DNA of 60,628 nt, the filler included, from a bacterium (GTDB taxonomy: Bacteria; JAJRZV01): assembly GCA_024275095.1 (NCBI GenBank). It is 3 parts of 3 records of this genome, joined end to end, with 100 filler letters (N's around TTAATTAATTAA, not from the genome) between each part and the next. Parts side by side here need not be neighbours in the genome. Positions count along the whole stretch, not along the records: positions 28,175 to 42,574 come from JAJRZV010000026.1; 2 more parts are not named here. One strand, given 5' to 3'. A program made the translations under genes and the position numbers. The notes beneath the pieces were generated by a model, which made no database searches, was not told where the DNA came from, and saw only the letters and a program-made list of their open reading frames with translations. Shown here in pieces: positions 29,345 through 38,953 of the stretch. Within the stretch, counting starts at the first letter, position 1. Each line of letters opens with the position of its first letter.

Positions 29345-30747
29345 ATCCGACCCCGGTACGTGTAACGACTGCCTTCAGGAATCTTACGAATGCGTCCGTG
29401 AGAATAAAGACCTTCAAGCACAAATTCCACAACAGAGGCAACCTCTCCGGGAACCCTTATATCAGCAAGACACGAGAGCTTTTCAGCAATTCCTTCCACC
29501 GCCTGAATTACATCCATGTATTCTCCGGATGGCATTTTGTCTCCCACCTCAATCCATGCACCACCTTCCAGGAGTTCCACCACTGGTTGAAAGTCATCCG
29601 GAGAAAAATGGTTGTTAAATATGGCTTTCACTGCTTCCAAGACAAAAGTCTCCAGCAACTCTTCCACAGACTTCTCTTCGCTTGTGTATTCCAGCTCAAC
29701 CTTTCCTGCAGCAGTGGCAAACACAGCAGCAAGGTCACTGATACGGGGCACTGCAACCTGCTCTCCCAGTGAAAGACTGCGAGCTACCGCACTGGCAACA
29801 GCTGCCTCGTAATTGGCAATGGTCATTCTCACGCTGACGCCTGAGCGGTGATTGACATAGGGTGAACGCCGTGCAACAAAAGTCATTTCTGCTATGATTT
29901 CTTTCATAAAAGAAGGCACAAAAATTCTTAATCCTTCCGTGTGGGGAAGACGAGCCTCCTGTTCCATGATCTGAATTTCTCTCTCCCGCGAAAGTGGATA
30001 ATGCGTGCGAATCTGAGCATCAAAACGATCTTTGAGGGGTGTAACAATGCGACCTCGATTGGTGTAATCCTCAGGATTTGCGGTGGCGACGATAAGAATG
30101 TCCAGCGGGAGTCTCACCGTATATCCCCTGATTTGAATATCACCCTCTTCCATAATATTAAATAAACTCACCTGAACCCTTTCAGGAAGGTCCGGCAGTT
30201 CGTTAATGGCAAAAACACCGCGATGACTTCGAGGTACCAGGCCAAAATGAATGGTCCTCTCGTCGGAGAGATAACGACCTTCTGCAACGCGAATAGGATC
30301 AACTTCACCGATAAGGTCAGCAACTGTAACATCCGGGGTAGCCAGTTTTTCCACGTAGCGCTGATCCCTGTGAATCCACACTATCTCCAGCTCATCACCG
30401 TACTCTTTCACAAGCTCCCGGCACCGACTGCACACAGGAGCAAACGGGTCATCACGGATCTCACAACCCTTTACTGCCGGTATGTACTCGTCCAGAAGGT
30501 TTACCATTAACCGAATCATCTTTGATTTTGCCTGACCTCTCTCTCCCAGAAAAATCATGTTGTGTCCTGCAATGAGAGCATTGATGACCTGGGGTATAAC
30601 AGTCTCTTCATATCCGACAATCCCCGGGAAGAGTTCTTCTCCTGCGCGAAGTTTGCGGAAAAGATTGTTGCGAAGCTCCTCTTTTACAGAAAGAGACCTG
30701 TACCCTGCACGTTTCAGTTCACCAAGGGTTTGGGGACGCTCAGACAT
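29341..30747 (-). CDS. Magnesium-chelatase subunit I-like AAA+ ATPase (non-photosynthetic, VWA-associated)
   Basis: LGERGQAKS, EKLATPD, FAINELPDL and ANPEDYTNRGRI.TPLKDR. Confidence 0.88.
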   Translation of the reverse strand: MSERPQTLGELKRAGYRSLSVKEELRNNLFRKLRAGEELFPGIVGYEETVIPQVINALIAGHNMIFLGERGQAKSKMIRLMVNLLDEYIPAVKGCEIRDDPFAPVCSRCRELVKEYGDELEIVWIHRDQRYVEKLATPDVTVADLIGEVDPIRVAEGRYLSDERTIHFGLVPRSHRGVFAINELPDLPERVQVSLFNIMEEGDIQIRGYTVRLPLDILIVATANPEDYTNRGRIVTPLKDRFDAQIRTHYPLSREREIQIMEQEARLPHTEGLRIFVPSFMKEIIAEMTFVARRSPYVNHRSGVSVRMTIANYEAAVASAVARSLSLGEQVAVPRISDLAAVFATAAGKVELEYTSEEKSVEELLETFVLEAVKAIFNNHFSPDDFQPVVELLEGGAWIEVGDKMPSGEYMDVIQAVEGIAEKLSCLADIRVPGEVASVVEFVLEGLYSHGRIRKIPEGSRYTYRGRI

Positions 30748-30862
30748 TTGTATAATATCTTACCGTTTTTTAAAGAGAAGATAAAACAGGAGAAAGTTCC
30801 CTTAGAAAAAACCAGAAGAATCTCGGTTGTTCTTCAAAAAAGAAAAAATCGTACCCTGAACG

Positions 30863-32287
30863 TCAGGGTTTAAATTCCCCTTTCAGATACAAATCCATGT
30901 AATGAGCCGCCCTGCGACCATCTCCCATGGCAAGAATCACGGTGGAACCACCGAGTATAATATCTCCTCCAGCAAAAACACCTTCAACATTGGTATAAAG
31001 GGTGTTCATATCCACAACAATTTCGCCCCTGCGGCCCAGCTTGAATCCTGCGTGAGTTCGAGGAATAAGAGGATTGGGAGACACCCCCACAGCCACCACC
31101 ACTACATCCACTTCCATGGTAAAGTTGGAACCTTCAATAGGCACAGGTCGGCGTCGACCGGACTCATCCGGGGGACCCAACTCCATACGAATGCACTCCA
31201 TAGCCTTCACCCAGCCGTGCTGGTCACCCAGGTACCTTACAGGAGCTGTAAGAAAATGAAATTCTATTCCTTCTTCTTCTGCGTGTTTTACTTCCTCCAC
31301 ACGAGCAGGCATTTCTTCACGGGAACGACGGTATACAATCATCGCCCTCTCCGCGCCCAGGCGCTTGGCCGTACGCACCGCATCCATGGCCGTGTTACCA
31401 CCTCCGATTACCGCCACATGCTTACCTCTGATAACGGGTGTATCATATTCAGGAAAAAGATACGCGCGCATGAGGTTCACACGTGTAAGGTACTCGTTGG
31501 CTGAGTAAATACCATTGAGATTTTCTCCTTCAATCCCCATAAAATTGGGAAGGCCTGCGCCAGAACCGATAAAAAATGCCTGATAACCCTCAGCTCTCAA
31601 ATCATCCAGGGTCGCTGATTTGCCCACAACAAAATTGGTAATAAACTCCACGCCCAAACGTCGTACATAATCCACCTCGGCCTCAAGAACGGAGTTCGGC
31701 AACCTGAATTCCGGAATGCCGTACGTGAGCACTCCACCTTCCGCATGAAGGGCCTCAAACACAGCCACTTCATGACCCTTCTTGGCCAGCTCTCCTGCAA
31801 CGGTCAAACCCGCAGGGCCGGCTCCAATCACCGCAGCTTTCTTACCGGTCGTAAAACCTGCTGTTTCAACCTTTACCTCTCCCTGTTCTCTCTCAAAATC
31901 CGCCACGAATCTCTCGAGGTGTCCAATAGCCACGGGCTCTCCACGCTTTGCCAACACACACACTTTTTCACACTGCTGTTCCTGGGGACATACGCGACCA
32001 CAAATAGCAGGCAGTGCATTGGTTCTCTTAATCACCCTGGCTGCCTCTATAAATTCACCCTGTTCTATAAGTTTAATAAAGAAGGGAATGTCAATGTTCA
32101 CCGGGCACCCTTCCACACACAGAGGCTTCTTGCACTGAAGACAGCGCTGGGCTTCTGCCATTGCGAGCTCAGGAGTATAGCCGAGATTTACTTCTATAAA
32201 ACCCTTTATCCGCTCCAAAGGCTCCCTTTCAGGCATTTTGTGCCGGGGGATTGCCATTCGCTCCTTGGGTGATAGTTCTTTTGGCAT
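30863..32287 (-). CDS. nfnB: NfnB/SudA (GltD-like) large subunit of the electron-bifurcating transhydrogenase
   Basis: RCLQC..P.C..GCPV, CGRVCPQE.QCE, GAGPAG, YGIPEFRLP, GGGNTAMD and FAGGD; TGATG-coupled to nfnA. Confidence 0.88.
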   Translation of the reverse strand: MPKELSPKERMAIPRHKMPEREPLERIKGFIEVNLGYTPELAMAEAQRCLQCKKPLCVEGCPVNIDIPFFIKLIEQGEFIEAARVIKRTNALPAICGRVCPQEQQCEKVCVLAKRGEPVAIGHLERFVADFEREQGEVKVETAGFTTGKKAAVIGAGPAGLTVAGELAKKGHEVAVFEALHAEGGVLTYGIPEFRLPNSVLEAEVDYVRRLGVEFITNFVVGKSATLDDLRAEGYQAFFIGSGAGLPNFMGIEGENLNGIYSANEYLTRVNLMRAYLFPEYDTPVIRGKHVAVIGGGNTAMDAVRTAKRLGAERAMIVYRRSREEMPARVEEVKHAEEEGIEFHFLTAPVRYLGDQHGWVKAMECIRMELGPPDESGRRRPVPIEGSNFTMEVDVVVVAVGVSPNPLIPRTHAGFKLGRRGEIVVDMNTLYTNVEGVFAGGDIILGGSTVILAMGDGRRAAHYMDLYLKGEFKP

Positions 32288-33141
32288 CACTCACCTCCTG
32301 CAACCCGGGTATTTCCTTCACCCTGGGCTAAGAACAAACGCAAACTCTCTTCTTCCATTGGTTTATATGCGCTGAGGCGTTTCATGAGGATATCAAAATC
32401 CACTTCGTGGGCATTGAATTCCGGACCATCCACACAACCGAAGAGGGTTTTTCCGCCCACCTGTACTCGACATGCACCGCACATACCTGTGCCATCTACC
32501 ATGATGGGGTTAAGGCTCACCATGGTTTCTATACCTCTATCTCGGGTAAGGTCCGCTACCGCCTTCATCATGGGTACAGGACCAACAGCTATAACAAAAT
32601 CCACTTTTTCTCTCTCCATAAGATCTCTGAGAGCATCTGTCACAAAACCCTTCCGGCCATACGAACCATCATCTGTGGTCACAATCAATTCATCACAATT
32701 CGAGCGAATTTCCTCTTCCAGAATGAGAAGTTCTTTCGTCCGAGCACCGAGAATGCTTATCAACCTGTTTCCTGCTTCCCTGTAAGCCTTCACAAGAGGA
32801 TATATCAACGCGATACCCACACCACCTCCTACACATGCTACGGTCCCGTGTTTTTTTACAGGAGTGGGTTTACCCAACGGTCCCACGATGTCCCGGATTT
32901 TGTCCCCCTCTTTAAGAGAATTGAGAAGCTTTGTGGACTTGCCTATGCCCATTGCAATAAACCAGATGTCCCCACTTTCAGGGTCAGCATCTGAAACGGT
33001 CAGAGGAAACCTCTCTCCCTTTTCGTAAATCCGGAGCATGATAAACTGCCCCGGCCGGCGGCGCCGGGCAATGTACGGCGCGTGTACACGAAACTGACAG
33101 AGGTCTTTTCCGAGCTCTTTTTTCTCTTTAATCTCGAACAT
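32287..33141 (-). CDS. nfnA: NfnA/SudB small subunit (FAD, 2Fe-2S)
   Basis: PGQF, ERFPLT, GPLG, GGGVG, TDDGSYG and MVDGTGMCGACRV...CVDGPEF. Confidence 0.9.
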   Translation of the reverse strand: MFEIKEKKELGKDLCQFRVHAPYIARRRRPGQFIMLRIYEKGERFPLTVSDADPESGDIWFIAMGIGKSTKLLNSLKEGDKIRDIVGPLGKPTPVKKHGTVACVGGGVGIALIYPLVKAYREAGNRLISILGARTKELLILEEEIRSNCDELIVTTDDGSYGRKGFVTDALRDLMEREKVDFVIAVGPVPMMKAVADLTRDRGIETMVSLNPIMVDGTGMCGACRVQVGGKTLFGCVDGPEFNAHEVDFDILMKRLSAYKPMEEESLRLFLAQGEGNTRVAGGE

Positions 33142-33226
33142 GGTCTCACCTCCCGCAACGAGGGCTTAAATAATAACTCTCCCCGGTTGTAACTCGTCAA
33201 GAAAAAGGGGTATGAATGAAGCTCGA

Positions 33227-34444
33227 TTAACTCTCCAGCAAATACAAGTAAAGGTCCAGGTGATCACCCAGCAGTCGGGTGATGAGGAATCGCTGGCGCA
33301 CTCTTTCCACAGCATTGCGGCTGATATGCTCCCGCTCCTCCGGGTCCTTGAGAAGCCTTACAATCTTCTCAACAAAGGCATCATTGTCATGAGGGTCAAC
33401 GAGATAACCGCTTTCTCCATCCTCAATCTGAAGGGGTATACCTCCTACCCGGGACGCAACAACAGGTGTACCTTTCCACATGGCCTCGGTCACCGTCAAT
33501 CCAAAACCCTCTCTGATGGACTTTTGAATGATCACAGTTGCTGTACGCTGGAGAGAATTGACAAAAATATTGTTTTGCGCGGGATTTACCACGAGAATCA
33601 CGTCGCTGTTGGCAGCGAGTTCCCCGGCACGTCTGCGCACCCGTTCCAAAACACTCCAGCCTTCGGGGTCATCCTCCGCCATGTTGCCGCACAAGACAAG
33701 ACGACAGTCTACCTCCTCCCTCACCCGGCGAAAAATTTCGAGCACTCCTTCGGGGTCCTTCCATTTATCAAATCGGGAAATCTGGGCAATAATGGGTTTA
33801 TCGAGGGGGATGTTAAATTTTTTCATGTACTTGTGGATCGTCTTTTCGGATAAGGGTTCATTTTTGGTGGAGAGGGGGTCTATGGCTGGAAAAAACACCC
33901 GCTGTTCCACAGGCAAATCTTCTTTAAGATAGGTTTCACTGGACACCACCATCACATCGTAGCGGAGAATAAAGCCCTTCAGGTAGGACCACAGATCGGA
34001 ATTGGGATCGCTGAGGTCCACATGACACCGCCACACCCAGGGCTGAGCTTTTTTGTAAAAACGCACCATGGGAAGCGGCTGAGGGTCATGAACAACAACA
34101 ACGTCGTGATCAATCTTACAGTACGAGGCAAACTCTTCATTCGTCTGCACATATAAGCGCTTCTTCATTTCTGTCAGGTTGATTGCTCCACCCTGCAGGG
34201 CGTTGTGAAATTTCTTTGTCACATTAAAAAAGTCCGGAGTGCCATGAAGAATCCGCCAATCCGCATCCAGTCCCACACTGTTCATGAGCGGCACAAGAGA
34301 TGTGAGCATTTCGGCAACGCCACCGCCAAAAAAGGTCGAATTGATGTGAAGCACCCGGGCTCCGTACAGGCGCCGCACGCGTTTGTACAGCCGAGACAGG
34401 ACGTCGTCTCCGACAATCTCTCTGTAATCCTCAAGAGTCCTCAT
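33227..34444 (-). CDS. treT: Trehalose glycosyltransferring synthase TreT (GT4)
   Basis: HINSTFFGGGVAEML, FFNVTKKFHNALQG, HDPQP, WRCH.D, SRFDKWKDP and QKSIREGFGLTVTEAMWK. Confidence 0.88.
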   Translation of the reverse strand: MRTLEDYREIVGDDVLSRLYKRVRRLYGARVLHINSTFFGGGVAEMLTSLVPLMNSVGLDADWRILHGTPDFFNVTKKFHNALQGGAINLTEMKKRLYVQTNEEFASYCKIDHDVVVVHDPQPLPMVRFYKKAQPWVWRCHVDLSDPNSDLWSYLKGFILRYDVMVVSSETYLKEDLPVEQRVFFPAIDPLSTKNEPLSEKTIHKYMKKFNIPLDKPIIAQISRFDKWKDPEGVLEIFRRVREEVDCRLVLCGNMAEDDPEGWSVLERVRRRAGELAANSDVILVVNPAQNNIFVNSLQRTATVIIQKSIREGFGLTVTEAMWKGTPVVASRVGGIPLQIEDGESGYLVDPHDNDAFVEKIVRLLKDPEEREHISRNAVERVRQRFLITRLLGDHLDLYLYLLES

Positions 34445-36651
34445 CCCCTTCTGCCCCCTCCCTTCTTAATGAATTGCGCTATTATACTTCGAATATATCT
34501 CCAGTCGTCTACATGATACCGCGCTCTTTAAAACTCGTAACCAACTTTTACCGAATATGCATCTTCCGGCATCGCCTCAAACATGTCTTCATCCGTCCAG
34601 TCATCACCGGCACAGAAAATAAACTCCCACCGGTCCTTCTCCAGCCAGTGTCTCGCAGCTCGTCCCTTGTTGACACCCGTATGCTTTACCTCGATAACCT
34701 TATTTCCCTCGAGCACAGATACGTCCAGATTGGCCGTCAGGTGAAGAAGCGTATCTTTCAGCTCTCCTGCACGCGCTATGGCCATTTCCGCCTCCACAGC
34801 TCGGTAATGCCACGCAAGCGAATATTCCTTCTCTTCCAGAAAAGAGCCTGGTGTTCTATCCACGTACATTTCCATAATGGGCCGAATTTCCTCTTTCCAG
34901 CGAGTGTCTGCTGTTTCAGTGCGCCGCCACCGTCCACCCCTGTGTTTTATAAACGCTCCGTGCTCTGCTACGAGATTCAATTTCAACGAACCAAACCATC
35001 TGTCGAGCGTTTGTTTATCGCGTCCCGAAATAATCACCACATCATTCGCCCTGTCTTCTTGCAAGCCCTTTAACAAAGCATACAGTTCTTCATCAGGTGC
35101 AGCTTCTTCCGGCATCCGGGCAAAGGGGGTGAGTGTTCCGTCGTAATCAAGAAAAATCAATCGCCGAGATGCTTTCCTGTATTCAGAAACCATGCGGGAT
35201 CTCACGCGTGGGTGCAATATTCGACCGCGCAGCTCCTGCTGAATGGTGCGCACCTGTTCAAGCCGATCCATAAAATCTCTTACCCATCGAGTAATATCGT
35301 AACGACGGATACGATCCTGCATACTGCGGTTTCTCTTTACCTGTTCTTTCTCAGGCATCGTCAGTGCCGCGTATATCGCCTCGGCCATTTCGTGAACATT
35401 ATTGGGATTCACAACAATTGCTTCACTGAGCTCCCTCGCAGCGCCGGCCATTTCGCTCAATATAAGTACACCCCTTCCATCCCGCCGGGCAGAGACGTAC
35501 TCCTTTGCAATAAGATTCATTCCGTCCCTGAGAGGTGTAATCAGTGCAACATCACACACGCCATAGAGAGCTGTGAGGTTATCAAAGGGAAGATAGCGAT
35601 ACATGTACCACACCGGCATCCATCCAATGGTTGCGTATTTGCCGTTTATTCGTCCAACCAGTTCATCAATCTGGCGTTTGAGAACCCGGTACTGTTCCAC
35701 ACCGATGCGAGAAGGAACAACCACGAGAATGAGAGTCACCTCTCCTCGAAAATCAGGGTTTCGCTCTAAAAAGAAGTCAAAGGCCTCCAGGCGATTGGGG
35801 ATGCCTTTCGAATAATCAAGCCGATCAACTGATAAAATGAGCCTCCTGGGCCCCACGCGGGTGCGTATTGTCCGCATTTCGTGCTGAACCCCGGGTTGGG
35901 AGGTGGCATGGTGATATTTCTCAAAATCAATACTCATTGGAAACGCATCGGCCCGCATAATGTGACTGCCATCATTAATCTGCCCAAGAGAATTTTCCAG
36001 ACCAAGTATTCGCCTGATGCTGTCAAGGAAATGAAACACGTAATCGTAAATATGAAACCCTACGAGATCTGCTCCGAGAAGACCCTTTAACAGTTCAGCT
36101 CTCCAGGGCAACAGGCGGAAAATTTCATACGAAGGAAAGGGAATGTGAAGAAAAAAACCTATGCGCGCTCGAGGAAGTTTCTCCCGTAAAAGTGAAGGCA
36201 GGAGCATTAAATGATAATCATGGACCCAGATAATATCATCTTCGTCTGCAAGCTCCAGTACAGCATCTGCATAAAGCTGATTTACATTTTTATAGGATTC
36301 CCACATGCGGTCATCATAAACAGTGTAGGAAGGAAAATAGTGGAACAAAGGCCAGATGGTTCGGTTGCAGAAACCATGATAAAAATTATCAATATCTGCC
36401 TGTCGCAAAAATATGGGATGATATCCAGCACAGAGAAGTTTCTCCTCCAGCTCTTCCTTGGCTTCACGCGCACGTTCTGAAGACATGCCTGCCCAACCCA
36501 GCCATACGTATCGCCCTTTATCAAACACGGAAGCAAGCCCGGTAGCCACGCCACCGGCGCTGGGTTGAATTCTGTATTCACCAGAACGTCTTACAATGTT
36601 CACAGGAAGACGATTTGAAACAAGTATCAGCTTTCCTTTTTGTTTTTGCAT
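34441..36651 (-). pseudogene. otsAB: Bifunctional trehalose-6-phosphate synthase/phosphatase with a premature TAA 29 codons before the natural end
   Basis: VSNRLP, WVHDYHL, DRLDYSKG, DGMNL.AKEY, FLDYDGTL and GDD.TDEDMF. After TAA (34530-34528) the frame continues RARYHVDDWRYIRSIIAQF to a TGA that overlaps the treT ATG. Confidence 0.85.
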
Positions 36652-36658
36652 AAAGGAT

Positions 36659-37621
36659 TTATTTGAGCTCTTCTTCGAATCTCCGAAATCGCTCTTCAAT
36701 CCTTTCCTGTTTCCGTCGCAGCTTTTCCTCTATCGCTTTCTTTTTCTTTTGAAACCGCTTTTCGACCCGTCTCATCACTCTTTCAAAACGCGCGTTCACT
36801 TCACGAAATCTATTCTCAACCTCCTCCAGTGTAACCCCTCTTTTTCTGTACACCTGGAAAGAATGAGAAAGCATTTCCTGGAGTTCTACAGAATTGACCA
36901 GATCCTCTCCAACTTTCTCCGGACGATCTTCTTCTCCCATATCTTCTACAAACGATTGGTACTTCTTCAACCTCTGTTGCATTACTCTGTTAATAGCCCT
37001 GAGCAGTTCCTGTTGTTTCTTTTCAAAAGCAAGTTTCTTTTGCAGGGCCCACCTCTCATAGTCAAAAGGAATTGCAAGAGACTGAACCCTTATCCCTTCC
37101 TCAATATCCACAATGGCTCTCTTTCCTCCTTCCACTTCCATTTCCGCACCATTAAGGGCAACTCTTCCCTCTTCAACTTCCACAACCGTGGAACCATCTG
37201 CTGCCACGATGACACTGAAATCTGTGCCCCGTACTCCCATAACAGAAGACGGGGACGTAACACTCACAACCCGATCACGTGTAATCTTTTTTATCACAGC
37301 CTTTATCCGACCAATGGAGACTTTAATAAATGAAAACACCTTTGAGATTTCGGAGGAGGGCGCTATTTCCTTTTCTTCTATCTTCAATTCAGAAGATTCA
37401 AACACTGTCACAGAAGAGCCATCGCTGTAGGTAATTACCGTCCGGGACTTCTTCCCTGTTTGAACAACGTCTCCACTGAACAGTACTGCACCCGGAGTTG
37501 CTCTTACAACAGGACCCACACCAGCGCGAACAATCTTTACTTCCCCCACCACGGATTTGACGGAAGCAAGCTGACTCTGACTGGATGCTATCAATACAGC
37601 TGCTATTAAACACTTCACCAT
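36659..37621 (-). CDS. Secreted FecR-domain protein with charged coiled-coil C-terminus
   Basis: GDVVQTG..S...I.Y.DGS, V.SPSSVMGVRGTDF.V and V.EGRV motifs; E/K/R-rich tail. Confidence 0.8.
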   Translation of the reverse strand: MVKCLIAAVLIASSQSQLASVKSVVGEVKIVRAGVGPVVRATPGAVLFSGDVVQTGKKSRTVITYSDGSSVTVFESSELKIEEKEIAPSSEISKVFSFIKVSIGRIKAVIKKITRDRVVSVTSPSSVMGVRGTDFSVIVAADGSTVVEVEEGRVALNGAEMEVEGGKRAIVDIEEGIRVQSLAIPFDYERWALQKKLAFEKKQQELLRAINRVMQQRLKKYQSFVEDMGEEDRPEKVGEDLVNSVELQEMLSHSFQVYRKRGVTLEEVENRFREVNARFERVMRRVEKRFQKKKKAIEEKLRRKQERIEERFRRFEEELK

Positions 37622-37623
37622 TC

Positions 37624-38745
37624 TTATATCCTCATGGGCATTATCACCTGCGTCACCGCCGGCTCGTCATCTGACTGAATAAGCCAGGCAGACTGTTCAT
37701 CATTTCCTTTAAAAAGAATACTGGAAGCATCAAACGCATCGATGGCATCTTCAACATAATTCGCATTGAATACGACCTCAATATCTCTTCCTGACCTTCT
37801 TTCAACAGGAACGTGCTCCTCACCTTCTCCTGCATCAGGAGAAGCAGAAGCGACAACAACCTCATTCTCTTTAAACCTGAGAGATACCTGAGGCATTTTC
37901 TGATACGCCAAGGGCATAACCCTTCTCACAGCCCTTCTCAACTTTTCTCGTTCTATCTGATAAATAATAGAAAAATCTCGGGGTAACACCGACTCATAAT
38001 CAGGAAACTGACCTTCAACAAGGCGCATGGTAAAGGTTATCTCATCACCTGATACCGCCAGTATACCAGAATCAACATGGATGTAAATATCTTCACCCAT
38101 TTCTTTGAGAATTTTTTTCATTTCGAGAATACCTTTCCTCGGAATAATCACACCGTCTTCAAAAGCACTGAGAGAATTCTCAACCGGATAGCTCGCCAGA
38201 GAAAGCCTGTGGGAATCCGTAGCCACACACTCGAGAAATGTTTTGTTATCAATATTTTTAATTTTCATAAATACTCCATTGAGCTGATACCTTGTTTCGT
38301 CGGTGGAGGCGGCAAACGCTGTTTTTTCAATTACCGTGTTCAACAGTTCCGCTGAAAGTTTTGCTCCAGATGTTGACTGAAATTCGGGCAGTTGAGGAAA
38401 ATCATCCGGATCACTTTTGAGAATTTTAAAATCTCCCGTCTCCGTAATGATTTCTACTGTTTTTTCCCTTTCCACTATTTGCACCTTCGGAGAGTCTGTT
38501 TCTTTTATCAGTTCGTAAAGCGTACGCCCGGGTACAAGAATTACACCGTGTGTACTCACTGTTTCAGCAGGAATTTTTCTTACAAATCCTAACTCAAGAT
38601 TGGTGGCGGAAACAGAAACAAACTGTTCGTTGATGGTACGAATAAGAACATTAGAAACGACAGCATATGCTCCTTTTTTTTCGATGATCCCCTGTACAAG
38701 GTAAAGAGTTTTTTCAAATGTTTTCTTTTCCACCACAATATTCAT
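37624..38745 (-). CDS. dnaN: DNA polymerase III beta clamp
   Basis: ATNLE, FAASTDETRYQLNGV, ATDSHRLS, IIPRKG, GQFPDY and VIMPMRI. Confidence 0.97.
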   Translation of the reverse strand: MNIVVEKKTFEKTLYLVQGIIEKKGAYAVVSNVLIRTINEQFVSVSATNLELGFVRKIPAETVSTHGVILVPGRTLYELIKETDSPKVQIVEREKTVEIITETGDFKILKSDPDDFPQLPEFQSTSGAKLSAELLNTVIEKTAFAASTDETRYQLNGVFMKIKNIDNKTFLECVATDSHRLSLASYPVENSLSAFEDGVIIPRKGILEMKKILKEMGEDIYIHVDSGILAVSGDEITFTMRLVEGQFPDYESVLPRDFSIIYQIEREKLRRAVRRVMPLAYQKMPQVSLRFKENEVVVASASPDAGEGEEHVPVERRSGRDIEVVFNANYVEDAIDAFDASSILFKGNDEQSAWLIQSDDEPAVTQVIMPMRI

Positions 38746-38953
38746 TCATTCACCTCCTGAATAAGAGAAAAGACATAATAATAATAGCCTGTTGGTTCCA
38801 CTGAAAAAAGGAAAAATGTTTAAGAAAACAGGGAGTAAGATTGTGTAAAACCTTGTGGGTAAGTTCAAACTTTTCCACACTGCACGTCACATTTTCCACG
38901 CGATAAAAAAGGATACTCTTTTTCAACAATCTTTCCACACGAGTTTTCACAGG
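38746..38953. promoter_or_regulatory. oriC: oriC (dnaA-dnaN intergenic part) with DnaA boxes and a DnaA-trio-like unwinding element
   Basis: Boxes TGTGTAAAA 38842, TGTGGGTAA 38854, TTTTCCACA 38871, TTTTCCACG 38892, TTTTCAACA 38920, CTTTCCACA 38931 and GTTTTCACA 38943. Minus strand CCAACA-GGC-TATTATTATTAT at 38795-38775. Confidence 0.8.

Noticed and set aside
29341..30747. Chlorophyll/cobalamin chelatase implying phototrophy
   Set aside because: Belongs to the widespread ChlI-like ATPase plus VWA pair; no tetrapyrrole genes nearby.
30863..32287. Glutamate synthase small subunit
   Set aside because: Coupled to an NfnA/SudB gene with no gltB, so NfnAB is the better call.
8349..34530. Stop-codon reassignment or pyrrolysine to explain the in-frame TAG (GMC) and TAA (TPS/TPP)
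   Set aside because: Two different codons are involved, TAA and TAG terminate many intact genes here, the GMC also has a frameshift, and no pyl genes are in view.
38750..38950. 66-aa ORF between dnaA and dnaN
   Set aside because: Coincides with the DnaA-box array and has no protein-like features.
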